Below are positions 49,866-60,578 of a DNA stretch of 64,000 bases, in pieces (the stretch's first letter is position 1; the number at the start of each line of letters is the position of its first letter). The stretch covers positions 1,888,001-1,952,000 of the forward strand of contig CAXXGO010000006.1 in assembly GCA_963666835.2 (NCBI GenBank). Direction: 5' to 3'. The translations under genes and the position numbers were made by a program. This DNA comes from Phycisphaerae bacterium. Its GTDB lineage: Bacteria > Planctomycetota > Phycisphaerae > UBA1845. The notes under the pieces are model-generated. The model saw nothing but the letters and a program-made list of their open reading frames with translations. It was not told the DNA's origin and did no database searches.

Positions 49866-50840
49866 TCAGAACCACTTCTTTCTGCGAAAGTACACGAGCA
49901 GGACGGCGGCCACCACGATCATGGACCCGATCACGCTCCAGAAGCTCAGCGGATCCTCCGGCGGAGGCCACAACGGGAGATTCATGCCGTACAAACCGGC
50001 GATGAACGTGAGCGGAAGCATAATGGTGGCGAAGATCGTGAGCGTCTTCATGATCGCGTTGGTGCGGTTGGCCAGGGCGGTGTGATAGTTGTCGCGGATT
50101 CCGTTCAACCGCTCGCGAAGCGTGTCCACAAGGTCAATGACCTGGCTGAGATGGTCTCGGACATGGCTGAACCGCTGTTCAAGTGAGTCCGAGACGTAGT
50201 CGTACTCACCCCTCGCGACCGGCGTGAGCATCTCACGCTGGGAGGTCGCCAGGCTTCGTAGATGGAGGAGGTCTCGCCGGACGCTGCCGGAGTTAGCGAG
50301 GATCTGCTCGTCCACCCCAGGGTCCAACGACTGCTCCTCGAGCCGCTCTAGCTCACCCTCGTAGCGATCAGCGACCACGACATATTTGTCGACCATGCCA
50401 TCGATGATGTCATACAGGATTGAGTCGATGCCTTTGCCGAGCGCGTTTGCCGTGCTCCGGCCGCAACGATCCAGGACCGCCCGAACGGTTCGTAGCGGCT
50501 CTCGATGAGCCGTAATCAGAAAGCGCTTACCGCAGAACGCGGCGAGTTTTCGCGGGTCGAACTCGCTCGGGTCGTCCAGCCCGACGAGGCCGTAGAAGAC
50601 CATGAAGATGTAATCATCGAACTCGTCGATCCGCGGCCGCTGCTCGCCGTGCAGGCAGTCTTCCAGGGACGCTTCGTCCAGGTGCATCAAGTTCTTCAGC
50701 GCAGCGAGGTCGGCATCTGCCGGTTTCTCGAAATCCAGCCAGAACCTCGCCTCCTGGTCGGCCCACGCCTCGCCCAGCTCCTCGACCGAAGAGATGGGCT
50801 TGCAGCTCCCGTCACAGAATCGAACAAAACCGGCTAACAT
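49866..50840 (-). CDS. corA: CorA-family Mg/Co transporter
   Basis: QRPRIDEF; NAIMKTLT...PLTFIAGLYGMN (GMN motif); start MLAGFV. Confidence 0.92.
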   Translation of the reverse strand: MLAGFVRFCDGSCKPISSVEELGEAWADQEARFWLDFEKPADADLAALKNLMHLDEASLEDCLHGEQRPRIDEFDDYIFMVFYGLVGLDDPSEFDPRKLAAFCGKRFLITAHREPLRTVRAVLDRCGRSTANALGKGIDSILYDIIDGMVDKYVVVADRYEGELERLEEQSLDPGVDEQILANSGSVRRDLLHLRSLATSQREMLTPVARGEYDYVSDSLEQRFSHVRDHLSQVIDLVDTLRERLNGIRDNYHTALANRTNAIMKTLTIFATIMLPLTFIAGLYGMNLPLWPPPEDPLSFWSVIGSMIVVAAVLLVYFRRKKWF

Positions 50841-50971
50841 GCCGTAATGGTATACGTGCGACTCGTGTTGCGCCAAGCCCGGAACCGTCGCGGGGAGAAC
50901 CCGTGACGAGCACCGGGGTTGAGGCCACCAAGCCGGGCGGTGGAAGCCCTGTGTCACTGCTCTTGAGCCAA

Positions 50972-51235
50972 GTAGGTCGGGCTTTGCCCGACAGCTTCCG
51001 GAATCGGTTTGCCTTCACATGGCGGAGCACGCTCCTTGTGTGCCGAGTCATGTTCGATGGCGTGAGGACAGCGCGTCCTGCTTCCTTATGGTAGTCTGGC
51101 GTTGGGCAGAGCCCGACCCACCGTGCTGCGAAGGCACTGCTCAAGAGCCGGTAGGGTCCGTTCCGCGGACCATCTGCTCACCGACGTACGTGTGGTTACG
51201 AGTTCGTAGGGCATGGTCGAGGTACGAGACCTGCC
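50972..51235. repeat. Mixed REP-like cluster (three families)
   Basis: GTAGGTCGGGCTTTGCCCGAC (50972), inverted GGGCAGAGCCCGACCCAC (about 51104), GTAGGGTCCGTTCCGCGGACC (51151), family A (51206-51235). Confidence 0.85.
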
Positions 51236-51346
51236 GCAATTGTCGAACGCTGATCATCGGCTCCCCCACGTCCAGCGGGAGTGCCATTGAACGGCCTGCG
51301 GAGGCTCGCAACACACAGCAAACACAAAAGGACGCCGCCTGCACGC

Positions 51347-52570
51347 CTATCCGGGCAACGTAAGCCGGACGAAGCGGCGTTTGCCGCGTTGGATCACGTC
51401 GCCGCTTCTGATGGCGATGGGAGCCAGGGCGTCTTCGACCACCTCTCCGTTGATCCGCGCGCCGCGCTCGTTGATCAGCCGTCGAGCTTCGCCGCGTGAC
51501 TTGGCGAACTCGCAATGGACTATCAGATCGATCGGGACGACTTTGCCGTCGTCGAGCATGCCGGCCGGGACCGCGACTTCGGGGACGTCGTCGGGCAATC
51601 CGCCGCCGCCACCGCCGTGAACGCGGCGGAACTCCTCCGCGGCCGACTCAGCGGACTCGGCGTCGTGGTACTCGGTGATAATGGTCTTGGCGAGCCGTTC
51701 CTTGGCGTCCCGGGGGTTGATGTGCGCCGGGTCGATCAGCGCCGGGATTTCCGATTCAGGAACATCGGTGGTCAGCTCGAAGTACTGCCCCATGAGCTTG
51801 TCCGGAACGCTCATGATCTTGCCGAACATGTCACTGGGCGTGTCCGTGACCGCGATGTAGTTGCCCATGGACTTGCTCATCTTCTCGGTGCCGTCCGTGC
51901 CGACCAGTAGCGGCATGACCATGACGACTTGCGGAGGCTGCCCGGCGTTACGCTGCAGGTCGCGCCCGCAGAGGTTGTTGAACGTCTGATCGGTACCGCC
52001 CAGCTCGACGTCTGATTCGATGGCAACGCTGTCGCGGGCCTGCATTAGCGGATAGAGCAGTTCGTGGAGGTAGATTTCCTTGCCTGCCGCCTGTCGGGTG
52101 GCGAACGTGTCGCGCTCCAGCATGCGGGCGACCGTCATCTGGCTCATGAGCCGGACGACATCGGCGAAAGTCAGGTCCTTGAGCCACTCGCTGTTGGGGC
52201 GGACTTCCAGTTTATCCTCGGAGAGGTCGAGGACCTTGCCGGCCTGCTCGAAGTAGGTGGCCGCGTTCTTCTCGATCTCCTCTTTGGTCAGGACCGGGCG
52301 GGTCTTGGAGCGTCCCGTGGGATCGCCGATCATGGCCGTGTAATCTCCGATGATGAGCACGGCCTTGTGCCCGAGATCCTGAAACTGCCGCAGCTTCCGC
52401 AACACCACGGTGTGGCCCAGGGTCAGGTCCGGGGCAGTGGGGTCCATTCCCAGTTTGACCCGCAGGCGTTTTCCGGATGCGAGCCGACGTTCTAGTTCTT
52501 CAGCGGTGTAGACATGATCGGTCCCGCGGAGGAGTAGCTCCATCTGTTGGTCGACGCTCATCTCACTCAC
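51347..52570 (-). CDS. tyrS: Tyrosine--tRNA ligase
   Basis: KLGMDPTAPDLTLGH, YPLMQARD, GGTDQTFN, KMSKS, C-terminal S4 domain. Confidence 0.96.
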   Translation of the reverse strand: MSEMSVDQQMELLLRGTDHVYTAEELERRLASGKRLRVKLGMDPTAPDLTLGHTVVLRKLRQFQDLGHKAVLIIGDYTAMIGDPTGRSKTRPVLTKEEIEKNAATYFEQAGKVLDLSEDKLEVRPNSEWLKDLTFADVVRLMSQMTVARMLERDTFATRQAAGKEIYLHELLYPLMQARDSVAIESDVELGGTDQTFNNLCGRDLQRNAGQPPQVVMVMPLLVGTDGTEKMSKSMGNYIAVTDTPSDMFGKIMSVPDKLMGQYFELTTDVPESEIPALIDPAHINPRDAKERLAKTIITEYHDAESAESAAEEFRRVHGGGGGGLPDDVPEVAVPAGMLDDGKVVPIDLIVHCEFAKSRGEARRLINERGARINGEVVEDALAPIAIRSGDVIQRGKRRFVRLTLPG

Positions 52571-53375
52571 GAGTTTGCTCCTCAGAACTTGCCCGGTATT
52601 CGAATCGTTCTATTGCGGAGGCGTGTCCGGTGGCGGTTTCAATCTCGATGATCGCCCCGCACACGCGCGAGTCATCTTTGGCGACGTCGAAGGTCGTGGG
52701 GATGCCCGTCACCATGGCGCTGACGACTCGTTCCTTGAGTCGCCCGAGCACTCCGTCATACGGGCCCGTCATGCCCAAGTCGGTGATGTAGCCCGTGCCT
52801 TTTGGAAGAACGCACGCATCGGCGGTCGGCACATGCGTGTGAGTGCCGACCACGGCGCTGACTCGTCCATCAAGATACCAGCCCATGGCGATCTTCTCGC
52901 TGGTAGCCTCGGCATGAATGTCCACGACCACGATTCGAACGTCCTTGGGAATGGCGGAGAGTGCCCGATCGGCGGCAGCGAACGGGCAGTCGGCCGGTCC
53001 CTTCATGTACATTCGGCCCAGAACCGAGATGACCGCCACCCGTTGGTGGGACGCGGTTTCATAGACGGCGAATTCCCGCCCGGGGGCGCCGCGCGGAAGA
53101 TTGGCCGGGCGGACGATATTGTCAGCTTGCTCCAACACCGGGATGATCTCGCGCCGCCGGTAGACGTGATCCCCCATGGTGATCAAATTCGCGCCGTGCT
53201 TGCAGATTTTCTCATACAACGCCGGAGTGAGTCCGGATCCGCCGGCGGTGTTCTCGGCGTTGACGATCACGCAGTCGACATTGTACTTGGGGACGGAGAC
53301 TTCGAGGGCTTCACGCAACGCCCTTCGTCCGGGTCCGCCGACGACATCTCCGATGCACAGCAGAGTGAGCTTCAT
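52563..53375 (-). CDS. ymdB: YmdB-family metallophosphoesterase (TIGR00282)
   Basis: IGDVVG, NAEN, MGDH, RPAN, DIHAEATSEK, GTHTHVPTAD, DLGMTG. Confidence 0.95.
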   Translation of the reverse strand: MKLTLLCIGDVVGGPGRRALREALEVSVPKYNVDCVIVNAENTAGGSGLTPALYEKICKHGANLITMGDHVYRRREIIPVLEQADNIVRPANLPRGAPGREFAVYETASHQRVAVISVLGRMYMKGPADCPFAAADRALSAIPKDVRIVVVDIHAEATSEKIAMGWYLDGRVSAVVGTHTHVPTADACVLPKGTGYITDLGMTGPYDGVLGRLKERVVSAMVTGIPTTFDVAKDDSRVCGAIIEIETATGHASAIERFEYRASSEEQTRE

Positions 53376-53409
53376 AGTGGTTCCGAACAGAGCGGATCGA
53401 GGAAGTCTC

Positions 53410-55002
53410 CTAGTGGGCGACCGATACGGCCCGCACCTCGCGCAGGACGGTCACGCGAATCTCACCCGGATAGGTCATTTTGTCTTCGATCTCCTTGGCA
53501 ACATCGTGAGAGATCTTCGCGGCGATGGCGTCGTTTACTTGCTTGGCATCGACGATGACGCGAATCTCCCGGCCCGCCTGGATAGCGAAAGCCTCTTTCA
53601 CTCCCGAAGGCGCCTTGGCGATCTCCTCCAACTGCTGCAAACGCTGGACGTAACGCTCCAAAGACTCCCTCCGGCTTCCGGGCCGGGCGGCACTGATGGC
53701 GTCGGCGGCCATGACGATCGGAGTGTATTCGCTGATTGCGGGGATGTCGGCATGGTGCCCCTCTATCGCGTTGAGGACCTCCGGCCGTTCGTTGAACCGC
53801 TTGCAGAAATCCGCGCCTACCTTGGGGTGCCCGCCTTCCACGTCGTGGTCGATGGCCTTGCCGATGTCGTGCAGTAGCCCACACCGCCGGGCCAGGCGCC
53901 CGTCTAGCCCGAGTTCGTCGGCAATAACCTGGCTAAGGAATGCGACTTCCAGCGAGTGCTTCAAGACATTCTGACCGTAGCTGGTTCGGAACTTCAGCCG
54001 CCCGAGCAGGTCCAGTTGCTTGCGATGCAGCCCGCCCACACTGGCTTCGACGGCGGCTTTCTTGCCCGTGTCCAGGCAGTCTTCTTCGACTTCTTTGCGG
54101 ACCTGGTCGACCAGCTCCTCAATCCGTCCCGGGTGAATCCGCCCGTCCTGGATCAGACGTTCGAGCGAGCGTCGGGCCACCTCGCGCCGGACCGGGTCGA
54201 ACGCGCTGACCAAGACCAATCCCGGCGTATCGTCCACGATAACGTCTACGCCCGTGGCTTTTTCGAACGACCGGATATTGCGTCCCTCGCGCCCGATTAC
54301 GCGGCCCTTCATGTCGTCCGAGGGAATCTCCACGCTGGACACGACGTTCTCGCAGGTATGCTCGGAAGCATAGCGCTGAATAGCGGTAAGCGTAATCTCC
54401 CGCGATCGCTGAAGGGCTTCGTCCTTGGCGGCTGCCATGGCCTTTTCGATTACCTCAGCGGAATCCTGTTCCAACTCATCGCGGAGTTCGTCCAGGATCG
54501 TCTGCTTGGCATCTTCCGCGGACATACCGGACACCCTGAGCAGTTTCTCGCGGCGCTCGGCGATTAGCTTGGTGGCTTCCTCTTCGCGGGCCGTCACCTT
54601 TTCGACGCGCGCCTCGAGTTTGCCCCGTTCCTGTTCGAGCTTCTTCTCTTTGCTGGCCAGGGTGTCGAGTTTCCCCTCTATGTTGTCTTCGCGCTTGGCG
54701 AGCCGTTTTTCTACCTCCTTCAGCTCCGCGCGCATCTCGGTGGATTCCTGACGGAGTTTCTCCTGTCCTTTGAGGTACTCCGCCTTGGCGTCTATTTCAG
54801 CGGTCTTACGGGTTACGTCGGCTTCGGTTCGAGCCTCGCTGACTGTTCGATCGGCCTCGGAGCGCGCCGCCTCAAGGCGGGAGCGACCGAGCCAGCGGAC
54901 GAACATGAAGCCGACCAGAACTCCGATTGCCGCCCCGACGACCGCTGCCACAGCACCGGTCGTCGTCTGAGCAGTCATCAATAACAGTGGAAGAGTGTTC
55001 AT
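53410..55002 (-). CDS. rny: Ribonuclease Y
   Basis: N-terminal TM, coiled coil, KH (KGRVIGREGRNIR), HD (LLHDIGK), ADAISAARPG. Confidence 0.97.
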   Translation of the reverse strand: MNTLPLLLMTAQTTTGAVAAVVGAAIGVLVGFMFVRWLGRSRLEAARSEADRTVSEARTEADVTRKTAEIDAKAEYLKGQEKLRQESTEMRAELKEVEKRLAKREDNIEGKLDTLASKEKKLEQERGKLEARVEKVTAREEEATKLIAERREKLLRVSGMSAEDAKQTILDELRDELEQDSAEVIEKAMAAAKDEALQRSREITLTAIQRYASEHTCENVVSSVEIPSDDMKGRVIGREGRNIRSFEKATGVDVIVDDTPGLVLVSAFDPVRREVARRSLERLIQDGRIHPGRIEELVDQVRKEVEEDCLDTGKKAAVEASVGGLHRKQLDLLGRLKFRTSYGQNVLKHSLEVAFLSQVIADELGLDGRLARRCGLLHDIGKAIDHDVEGGHPKVGADFCKRFNERPEVLNAIEGHHADIPAISEYTPIVMAADAISAARPGSRRESLERYVQRLQQLEEIAKAPSGVKEAFAIQAGREIRVIVDAKQVNDAIAAKISHDVAKEIEDKMTYPGEIRVTVLREVRAVSVAH

Positions 55003-55147
55003 AAGGTCTCAATCCGTTTTAACGCGGTTTCGCGAACATCGACGCCGTCAGGGACGCCCGAACCGCTCACCGGTCGTGAGACGGACTCCCACCGCTCGTG
55101 CTTCGCACGCTCGGGTGGCGTTCGATGAGTATGGCTTGCTTGGATAC

Positions 55148-55316
55148 GAAGTCCGTTGAATGCAGAATCAACATGGACCCCGAGGCCCCAGGTCCAAGGG
55201 GATCGAACCTCGCAATACTGCTTGATGGACCCTAGCAGTCGGTCCGGCGGACCTCCGGTCGCTTCGATACCCGCCTGGCTTGCGCGGGTTCAACGTTGGC
55301 CGAATGTCCAGGCTTC
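55148..55316 (-). ncRNA. ssrS: Putative 6S RNA
   Basis: About 170-nt rod-like self-complementary segment upstream of rny (GGCCAACGT/ATGTTGATT, CCAGG/CCTGG, GGGTATCGAA/TTCGATCCC, apical ACTGCT/AGCAGT); TAAAAT just upstream. Boundaries approximate, no CM search run. Confidence 0.6.
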
Positions 55317-55697
55317 ATTTTAGGCAAAACTGTAAACCACCTGTCGATACCCTGCCACCCGTTATGGTTGTCCGCCGCGGCAGGATTGACGGTCTCCTCG
55401 GGTATCAACAAAGCGACTCACTCCTCATATCGAGGCCAACTCAGCCGGGTCCTGTCCTTCTGGAGCCCACCATGCCGCCGAGAGCAAGCGCCCTGAAGAC
55501 GACCTCACTCTTATTGAGCACGAACACGAGCCCCCGTTACGTAATCGCGAGCTTCCCAACCCCGTAGCATCGCCGGGGAGGTCGACGATCGTTCTCCTAT
55601 GTCGGGCGGAGCTGCCTGTGAGGCGACCCCCACAACATGCCTTCACCCGCAAGTAAAGTAAGAATTCAATGCGTGCCGCACACCGGAACGCGCCGAA

Positions 55698-55725
55698 ATT
55701 ATAACCTGCTGCAACATTGCGTCAA
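55698..55725 (-). promoter_or_regulatory. Near-consensus sigma70 promoter facing 6S/rny
   Basis: TTGACG-16 nt-TATAAT on the minus strand. Confidence 0.65.
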
Positions 55726-55836
55726 CCGCGCCTCTGCGCGAAACAGGTAGGCGCGTTTGAGGCGTTCGCGGCAGGTCTGGAGCGCGCGACGGACTACGCG
55801 ACGAACATGCCGATGCTGCTGCGGGTCTTCGGAACA

Positions 55837-55870
55837 AAGGCGGCACTGCCGTAGGGGGCAGTGCCGCCTT
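55837..55870 (-). terminator. Intrinsic terminator for the C1 peptidase gene
   Basis: AAGGCGGCACTGCC/GGCAGTGCCGCCTT 14-bp stem ending in TTTGTT on the minus strand. Confidence 0.75.
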
Positions 55871-55996
55871 CAATATGATCGGAAAATAGGGGCAGCCGCC
55901 TGATCGGCGACCTGGGTTCCGGCGACCGTCGCTACCCGCCGCCGGAACCCGGGGTGGTCCGCAACGCGCTCGATATCGGTTGCGGACCAGCCGAGG

Positions 55997-58051
55997 TTAC
56001 TTCGTTTCGGCCGGCGTTACCTTCGCCGGTTGGCGGTTGGCTCCGAGTAGACCCGGACGGACTCCCGCGGCGGGCATGTTACGAGCCCACGATGGAGTCA
56101 CCACGGGAATCGTGCGGAACGTCCGTGTGGAGGTCTTGAAGTCGTCCAGGTCGGACCAGTCATCCAAGTCGTCGAGATCGGACCAGTCATCCAACTCATC
56201 CAACGAGCGAGCTCCGCAATCATTGCAGTCCGTGCCGAACTCGCAGACGTCGTAGACGGCCCCGATACCGCCGTCGTCGCACACGCCGTCGTAGGCGTAC
56301 TCACAGGTGTCGAGGCAGAGTTCCTCGGCGTACGGATCGACGACGCCGTCAGCGCTGCGGCTGCCACAATCGGCGCAGTCCGTTCCGTAGTCACAAACGT
56401 CGTACAAGGCGCCCGTGCCGCCGTCGTCGCACTCGCCATCGAACGCGTACCGGCAGGTGTTAGTGCAGACTTCGTCGCTACCGCCTCCCGCGTCGCGGAC
56501 CCCACAATCGGTGCAATCGGTGCCGTAGTCGCAGGCTGCGTACATTGCCCCGACGCCGCCGTCGTCACACTCCCCGTCGCCGGCGAAGCGGCAGGTATCG
56601 CTGCAGAGTGTTTCGTCAGTTGAACCGCCTCCGTCCTCGCGCGTGCCGCAGTCGGCGCAGTCGGTTCCCAAGTCGCACAGGGCATAGTCACTGCCGGCGC
56701 CGCCGTCGTCACACTCGCCGTCGTAGGCGAAGATGCAGAGGTTGTTGCAGATCCCTTCGTCGCTGCCGCCGTCCTCATCGAGCGGAGCGACGTCTGCGGT
56801 ACCTGTGAAGGTAATGTCGTTGCCGGCTTCGGTCTGCGTATCGAACGCCAGAGTGTACGTCCCGGCCTCCCATTGGAAGCCGTCGTCACGGACGAAATAC
56901 ACGTATCCATCTACGAACCACGTGTTGTAGGTTTGCTCGCCAACCCCGCCGGACGGATCCGTGACCGTTACGGACCTGATGTAGACCGGGGCGTCGAAAT
57001 GATAGAGGAAAACGAGATAGACCAACTCGTCCCGGGTGTCCGGGTCGGTATCTACGAACTGGAAGGCCTCATCGAGATAGCCCAGGGGATCCTCCTCCGT
57101 ATCCGGATCGGGGTCCGGGTCGGGATCGGGATCAGGTACCTCCCGATCGCTGCCCGGCTCGATCGAGTAAGCCTCAAAGACCGTAGCTTCGAACGTCTCA
57201 TAGGCCATCCACATAAAGCCGGAGTCGCCCCATTGCGTGCTCCAACTGTTCATGACGCGATATGCGCTCAAGGAATCATCGTATCCGACCAGGGCCATGG
57301 CGTGAGCGGCATGCTGCGAGCCTTGGGTAAGGAAGGTGCCGCTGCCATGATACACGTCGGCGCTGTTGGCGTTGGGGAAGTCATCGTACAGCCGTGCTCC
57401 GAACACTACGATTCGTCCGGCTGCGAGTTCCGCGCGAACGGCGTAAGGGTCGGTTTCGACCACCCGATTGAAGCTGCCAATCCGGAAGTTCGCGGCGTCC
57501 GTGGCCGGTGGGTCGAGAAGGCAAGTATCGTCCCGATACTCCACCGTGTCGAGGCTCGAGCATCCTTCTTGCACCAGCAGGTTCATGGCCGTGCTAATCA
57601 ACGTGCCGGAACCGCACTCGTAGTTGTCGGTGTCGAGAAGCCTGGTGTAGAGGTAACCGGGGCTGGCCTGGTGCTCTGCCGTGGTCGCGCCCCAGCCGTA
57701 TTGGCGGTTGGCCGTGTAGGTTGCTCCGGCGTACCCGGTGGCCCAAGCAGTACAAGACCCCATACCGCCCTGATTGCCGATCGGGGGAAGGTCGCGAGTC
57801 AGATCGGCGGAAGCGGGAAGACTTACGCTGGCATTCGCCGCATAGGGGTTGATGGCCTGCGGACGCGCCGCTACGTCCGCTGGGTCAGGCACTTCCAGAC
57901 CGAAAGTAAGTCCGGCTTCCTGCGCACCGTTGTCGTTGTCGTTGTCGGTTACATCGTCCGCCGGCGGAACGGCACAGCCGAGGAAACCGACGAGACATAA
58001 CGTGGTGATCGTCAGTGCCGTGGCCCCAAACAGAATTCGCCTCTTGAACAT
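55997..58051 (-). CDS. Papain-like (C1) cysteine peptidase lipoprotein with four C-terminal 6-Cys repeats
   Basis: Lipobox FLG-C; NQGGMGSCTAW, HAMALVGY, NSWSTQWG; PD linker; CDDGG repeats. Confidence 0.9.
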   Translation of the reverse strand: MFKRRILFGATALTITTLCLVGFLGCAVPPADDVTDNDNDNGAQEAGLTFGLEVPDPADVAARPQAINPYAANASVSLPASADLTRDLPPIGNQGGMGSCTAWATGYAGATYTANRQYGWGATTAEHQASPGYLYTRLLDTDNYECGSGTLISTAMNLLVQEGCSSLDTVEYRDDTCLLDPPATDAANFRIGSFNRVVETDPYAVRAELAAGRIVVFGARLYDDFPNANSADVYHGSGTFLTQGSQHAAHAMALVGYDDSLSAYRVMNSWSTQWGDSGFMWMAYETFEATVFEAYSIEPGSDREVPDPDPDPDPDPDTEEDPLGYLDEAFQFVDTDPDTRDELVYLVFLYHFDAPVYIRSVTVTDPSGGVGEQTYNTWFVDGYVYFVRDDGFQWEAGTYTLAFDTQTEAGNDITFTGTADVAPLDEDGGSDEGICNNLCIFAYDGECDDGGAGSDYALCDLGTDCADCGTREDGGGSTDETLCSDTCRFAGDGECDDGGVGAMYAACDYGTDCTDCGVRDAGGGSDEVCTNTCRYAFDGECDDGGTGALYDVCDYGTDCADCGSRSADGVVDPYAEELCLDTCEYAYDGVCDDGGIGAVYDVCEFGTDCNDCGARSLDELDDWSDLDDLDDWSDLDDFKTSTRTFRTIPVVTPSWARNMPAAGVRPGLLGANRQPAKVTPAETK

Positions 58052-58288
58052 GTTCTTGTATCTCCCACCTGCGATTGACTAGAAACGCAAGTACTTAAGA
58101 AGGACGAGTGGGCGCCGACGGCATCCGCACCGTCGGTCGGCCAACGAAACGGCAGTTGGCTCGCCCCGCGCCAGACCTATGTCCATTCGCCAGGTTTAGC
58201 AGGTCGGAACCGTTCCGGCAAGCTCGCGCCCGGCTTCAGGCGAAGCGCCACGCGGCTCGGCGCGACCGGCCATGGCAACTGGTTTCGA

Positions 58289-59977
58289 CTATACGAAGTA
58301 CGCCTTCACGACGTACTGGTGCATCATACGCTGCGTGTTGAAGAAGGAGCCGTTTAGGGCGATACAGTGTCTCATCACGTCCACGAAGCGATCTCGATCG
58401 TGGTAGTAGAGAGGCAGAATCACGTACTCCAGCTTGTCGTAGAGCATGGCTGCGTCGTTCGATCGATCGGCCGAATCGCTCTCTTCCGGTCGGCCGATGG
58501 CCCAGCCCGTGGCTCCCTCGATCCAGCCTTCCAGCCACCATCCGTCCAGCACACTAAGGGACGGGACCCCATTAAGGGCTGCCTTCATGCCGCTGGTGCC
58601 CGAGGCCTCCTGCGGCGGCTCCGGAGTGTTGAGCCATAGGTCTACGCCGGCGGTCATCAACTGGCACAGCTCGATGTCGTAGTTGGCTAGATATACGATC
58701 TTAATCTCGTTTTTGAGCTGCTCCTTAGCTTGGAAGATGCGTCGGATGACGTCCTTGCCTCCGCCGTCCTGGGGATGGGCCTTGCCCGCGAAGACGACCT
58801 GGAGGGGGCAACTGCGATCGATCCGCCGCAAGCGGCCCAGGTCGTGAAAGAACATATCCGCGCGTTTGTACGTCGCGGCCCGCCTGGCGTAGCCGATGGT
58901 GAACACGTCGCGGTCCATTCCCGCGTTGGCGACCCGGTTCACGTAGCGGAGCAATTGGTCTTTGGAGCGAGCATGGGCTTCCCACACTTCGTGGTTGGGG
59001 ATTGTTAGCGCGTTGCGGAGGCTGTAGCTATCGTCGCGCCAGGTCGGGATGTGCTCGTCGAACACCTCTTGCAGGGCTGATGACACCCACGTCCGCGCAT
59101 GCACTCCGTTCGTTATGGAATCGATTACGTGCGGAGCGAACAACTGGCGGGAAATCTCTCCGTGCCGCTTGGCCACGCCGTTGACGTAGTGGCTCAAGTG
59201 CAGGGCAAGATAGGTCATGTTCAGGACCTTGTCCATACCGGATACCTGCTCGAGGGTCCGGACCACGCGCGGGTCCAGAACGCCCTTGACGACATCGAGC
59301 GGAAACTGGTCATGACCGGCTGGGACGGGGGTGTGCGTAGTGAACACGCATCGGTTACGAACGGCTTCGACATCCTCGTCGGAGAGGGTCCGGTCTGAAC
59401 CTCCGCGGAGCCGCTCGTCCAGGAGCTCGCAGGTCAACAGGCTGGCGTGCCCCTCGTTCATGTGGAAACGTTCGATCTCGTCGTATTCGAGAGCCCGGAG
59501 CATCTTCACGCCGCCGATGCCGAGGACGGTTTCTTGACAGAGCCGATAGCGGGCATCTCCGCCATACAGATTGTGCGTGAAGCTGCGGTCCGAATCGGTG
59601 TTGCCCTCCATGTCCGTGTCGAGAAGATACACCGGTATCCGGTAGCCTCCGAACCCGATTACGTCCCGGACCCAGGCGCGGATACGGACGTCGCGGCCTT
59701 CGACTTTCACCACTACCGGGTCTACGGCGACCAGTCGCAGGAAGTCGTCGATTGCCCAGTCAACCGGCTCTTCGGTTTGATTGCCGTGTTCGTCGAGTTT
59801 CTGGCGGCAGTAGCCCTTACGGTGCAGCAGCGTAACCGCCACCATCGGCACCTTCAGATCGGCAGCCGCCCGAATGGTATCCCCGGCCAGGACCCCGAGT
59901 CCTCCGCTGTACGTCGGGATCTCCTGGCAGAGACCCATCTCCATTGAGAAATACGCGATCCGTCGTCTGTCACTCAT
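58289..59977 (-). CDS. glgP: Alpha-glucan phosphorylase (short type)
   Basis: [50 protein letters not shown]. Confidence 0.95.
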   Translation of the reverse strand: MSDRRRIAYFSMEMGLCQEIPTYSGGLGVLAGDTIRAAADLKVPMVAVTLLHRKGYCRQKLDEHGNQTEEPVDWAIDDFLRLVAVDPVVVKVEGRDVRIRAWVRDVIGFGGYRIPVYLLDTDMEGNTDSDRSFTHNLYGGDARYRLCQETVLGIGGVKMLRALEYDEIERFHMNEGHASLLTCELLDERLRGGSDRTLSDEDVEAVRNRCVFTTHTPVPAGHDQFPLDVVKGVLDPRVVRTLEQVSGMDKVLNMTYLALHLSHYVNGVAKRHGEISRQLFAPHVIDSITNGVHARTWVSSALQEVFDEHIPTWRDDSYSLRNALTIPNHEVWEAHARSKDQLLRYVNRVANAGMDRDVFTIGYARRAATYKRADMFFHDLGRLRRIDRSCPLQVVFAGKAHPQDGGGKDVIRRIFQAKEQLKNEIKIVYLANYDIELCQLMTAGVDLWLNTPEPPQEASGTSGMKAALNGVPSLSVLDGWWLEGWIEGATGWAIGRPEESDSADRSNDAAMLYDKLEYVILPLYYHDRDRFVDVMRHCIALNGSFFNTQRMMHQYVVKAYFV

Positions 59978-60578
59978 GGGCAGGTATCTGAGTCCTCTGA
60001 TTACGAACCAAAGTCCGTTTAGGTATGATTATTCTTTCGACGTGGTGCGCTCAATCCTTGAAGCTGGATCATCCCACTACCGCGTGGGTGGGAGGATTCC
60101 CCCCGGGCCTCATCTCCAGTCGGATTCTCTGCGCCCGCCGTCGAGCATTCTCTCTCCGGCCAACGGGGTGGAGTATGGTGGCAAACACTCCGAATAGCAA
60201 CCCCGCCTCTCCGGGGGCGGGGCGTGTTTCGGACGGCGTAGCCGAGTTGGACCGGGATGGTATGGGGCAGAGCGGGCAGGCCTGCACGGTCGTCCGGCAT
60301 GGGGATCGTGATATCCCAATCAGGACGCGCCACCAGGAATGCCCAGGTTGTCAGGCTTGCCAGAGTTGTTACGGCGGTCACGTTGCTCATTGCGACAACC
60401 GGCACGGTACGGTGGTTTCGGAGAGCCGAGTGTCCGAGCCTGTCACTTGTGCGTATCGCGTGGATGTGCCAAACTGAATCCGAAGCGGAGCCTCCGGAAG
60501 GTAAGAGTGGTGTCCCAGTGTTGTCCGTGGGCTCGGCTGAGGGACTTCGGCGTGCAGTGCAGTAACGGTAACCCGACT

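Noticed and set aside
58110..58240. c-di-GMP-I riboswitch upstream of the C1 peptidase
   Set aside because: Only a 3' AGCCAACTGCC-like fragment is seen; the GGCAAA...GAAA...GACGCAAA core is missing
60019..60565. Short ORFs between glgP and glgX, and the long N-terminus of the 781-aa glgX ORF
   Set aside because: No motifs or coding-like composition; most simply a divergent promoter region
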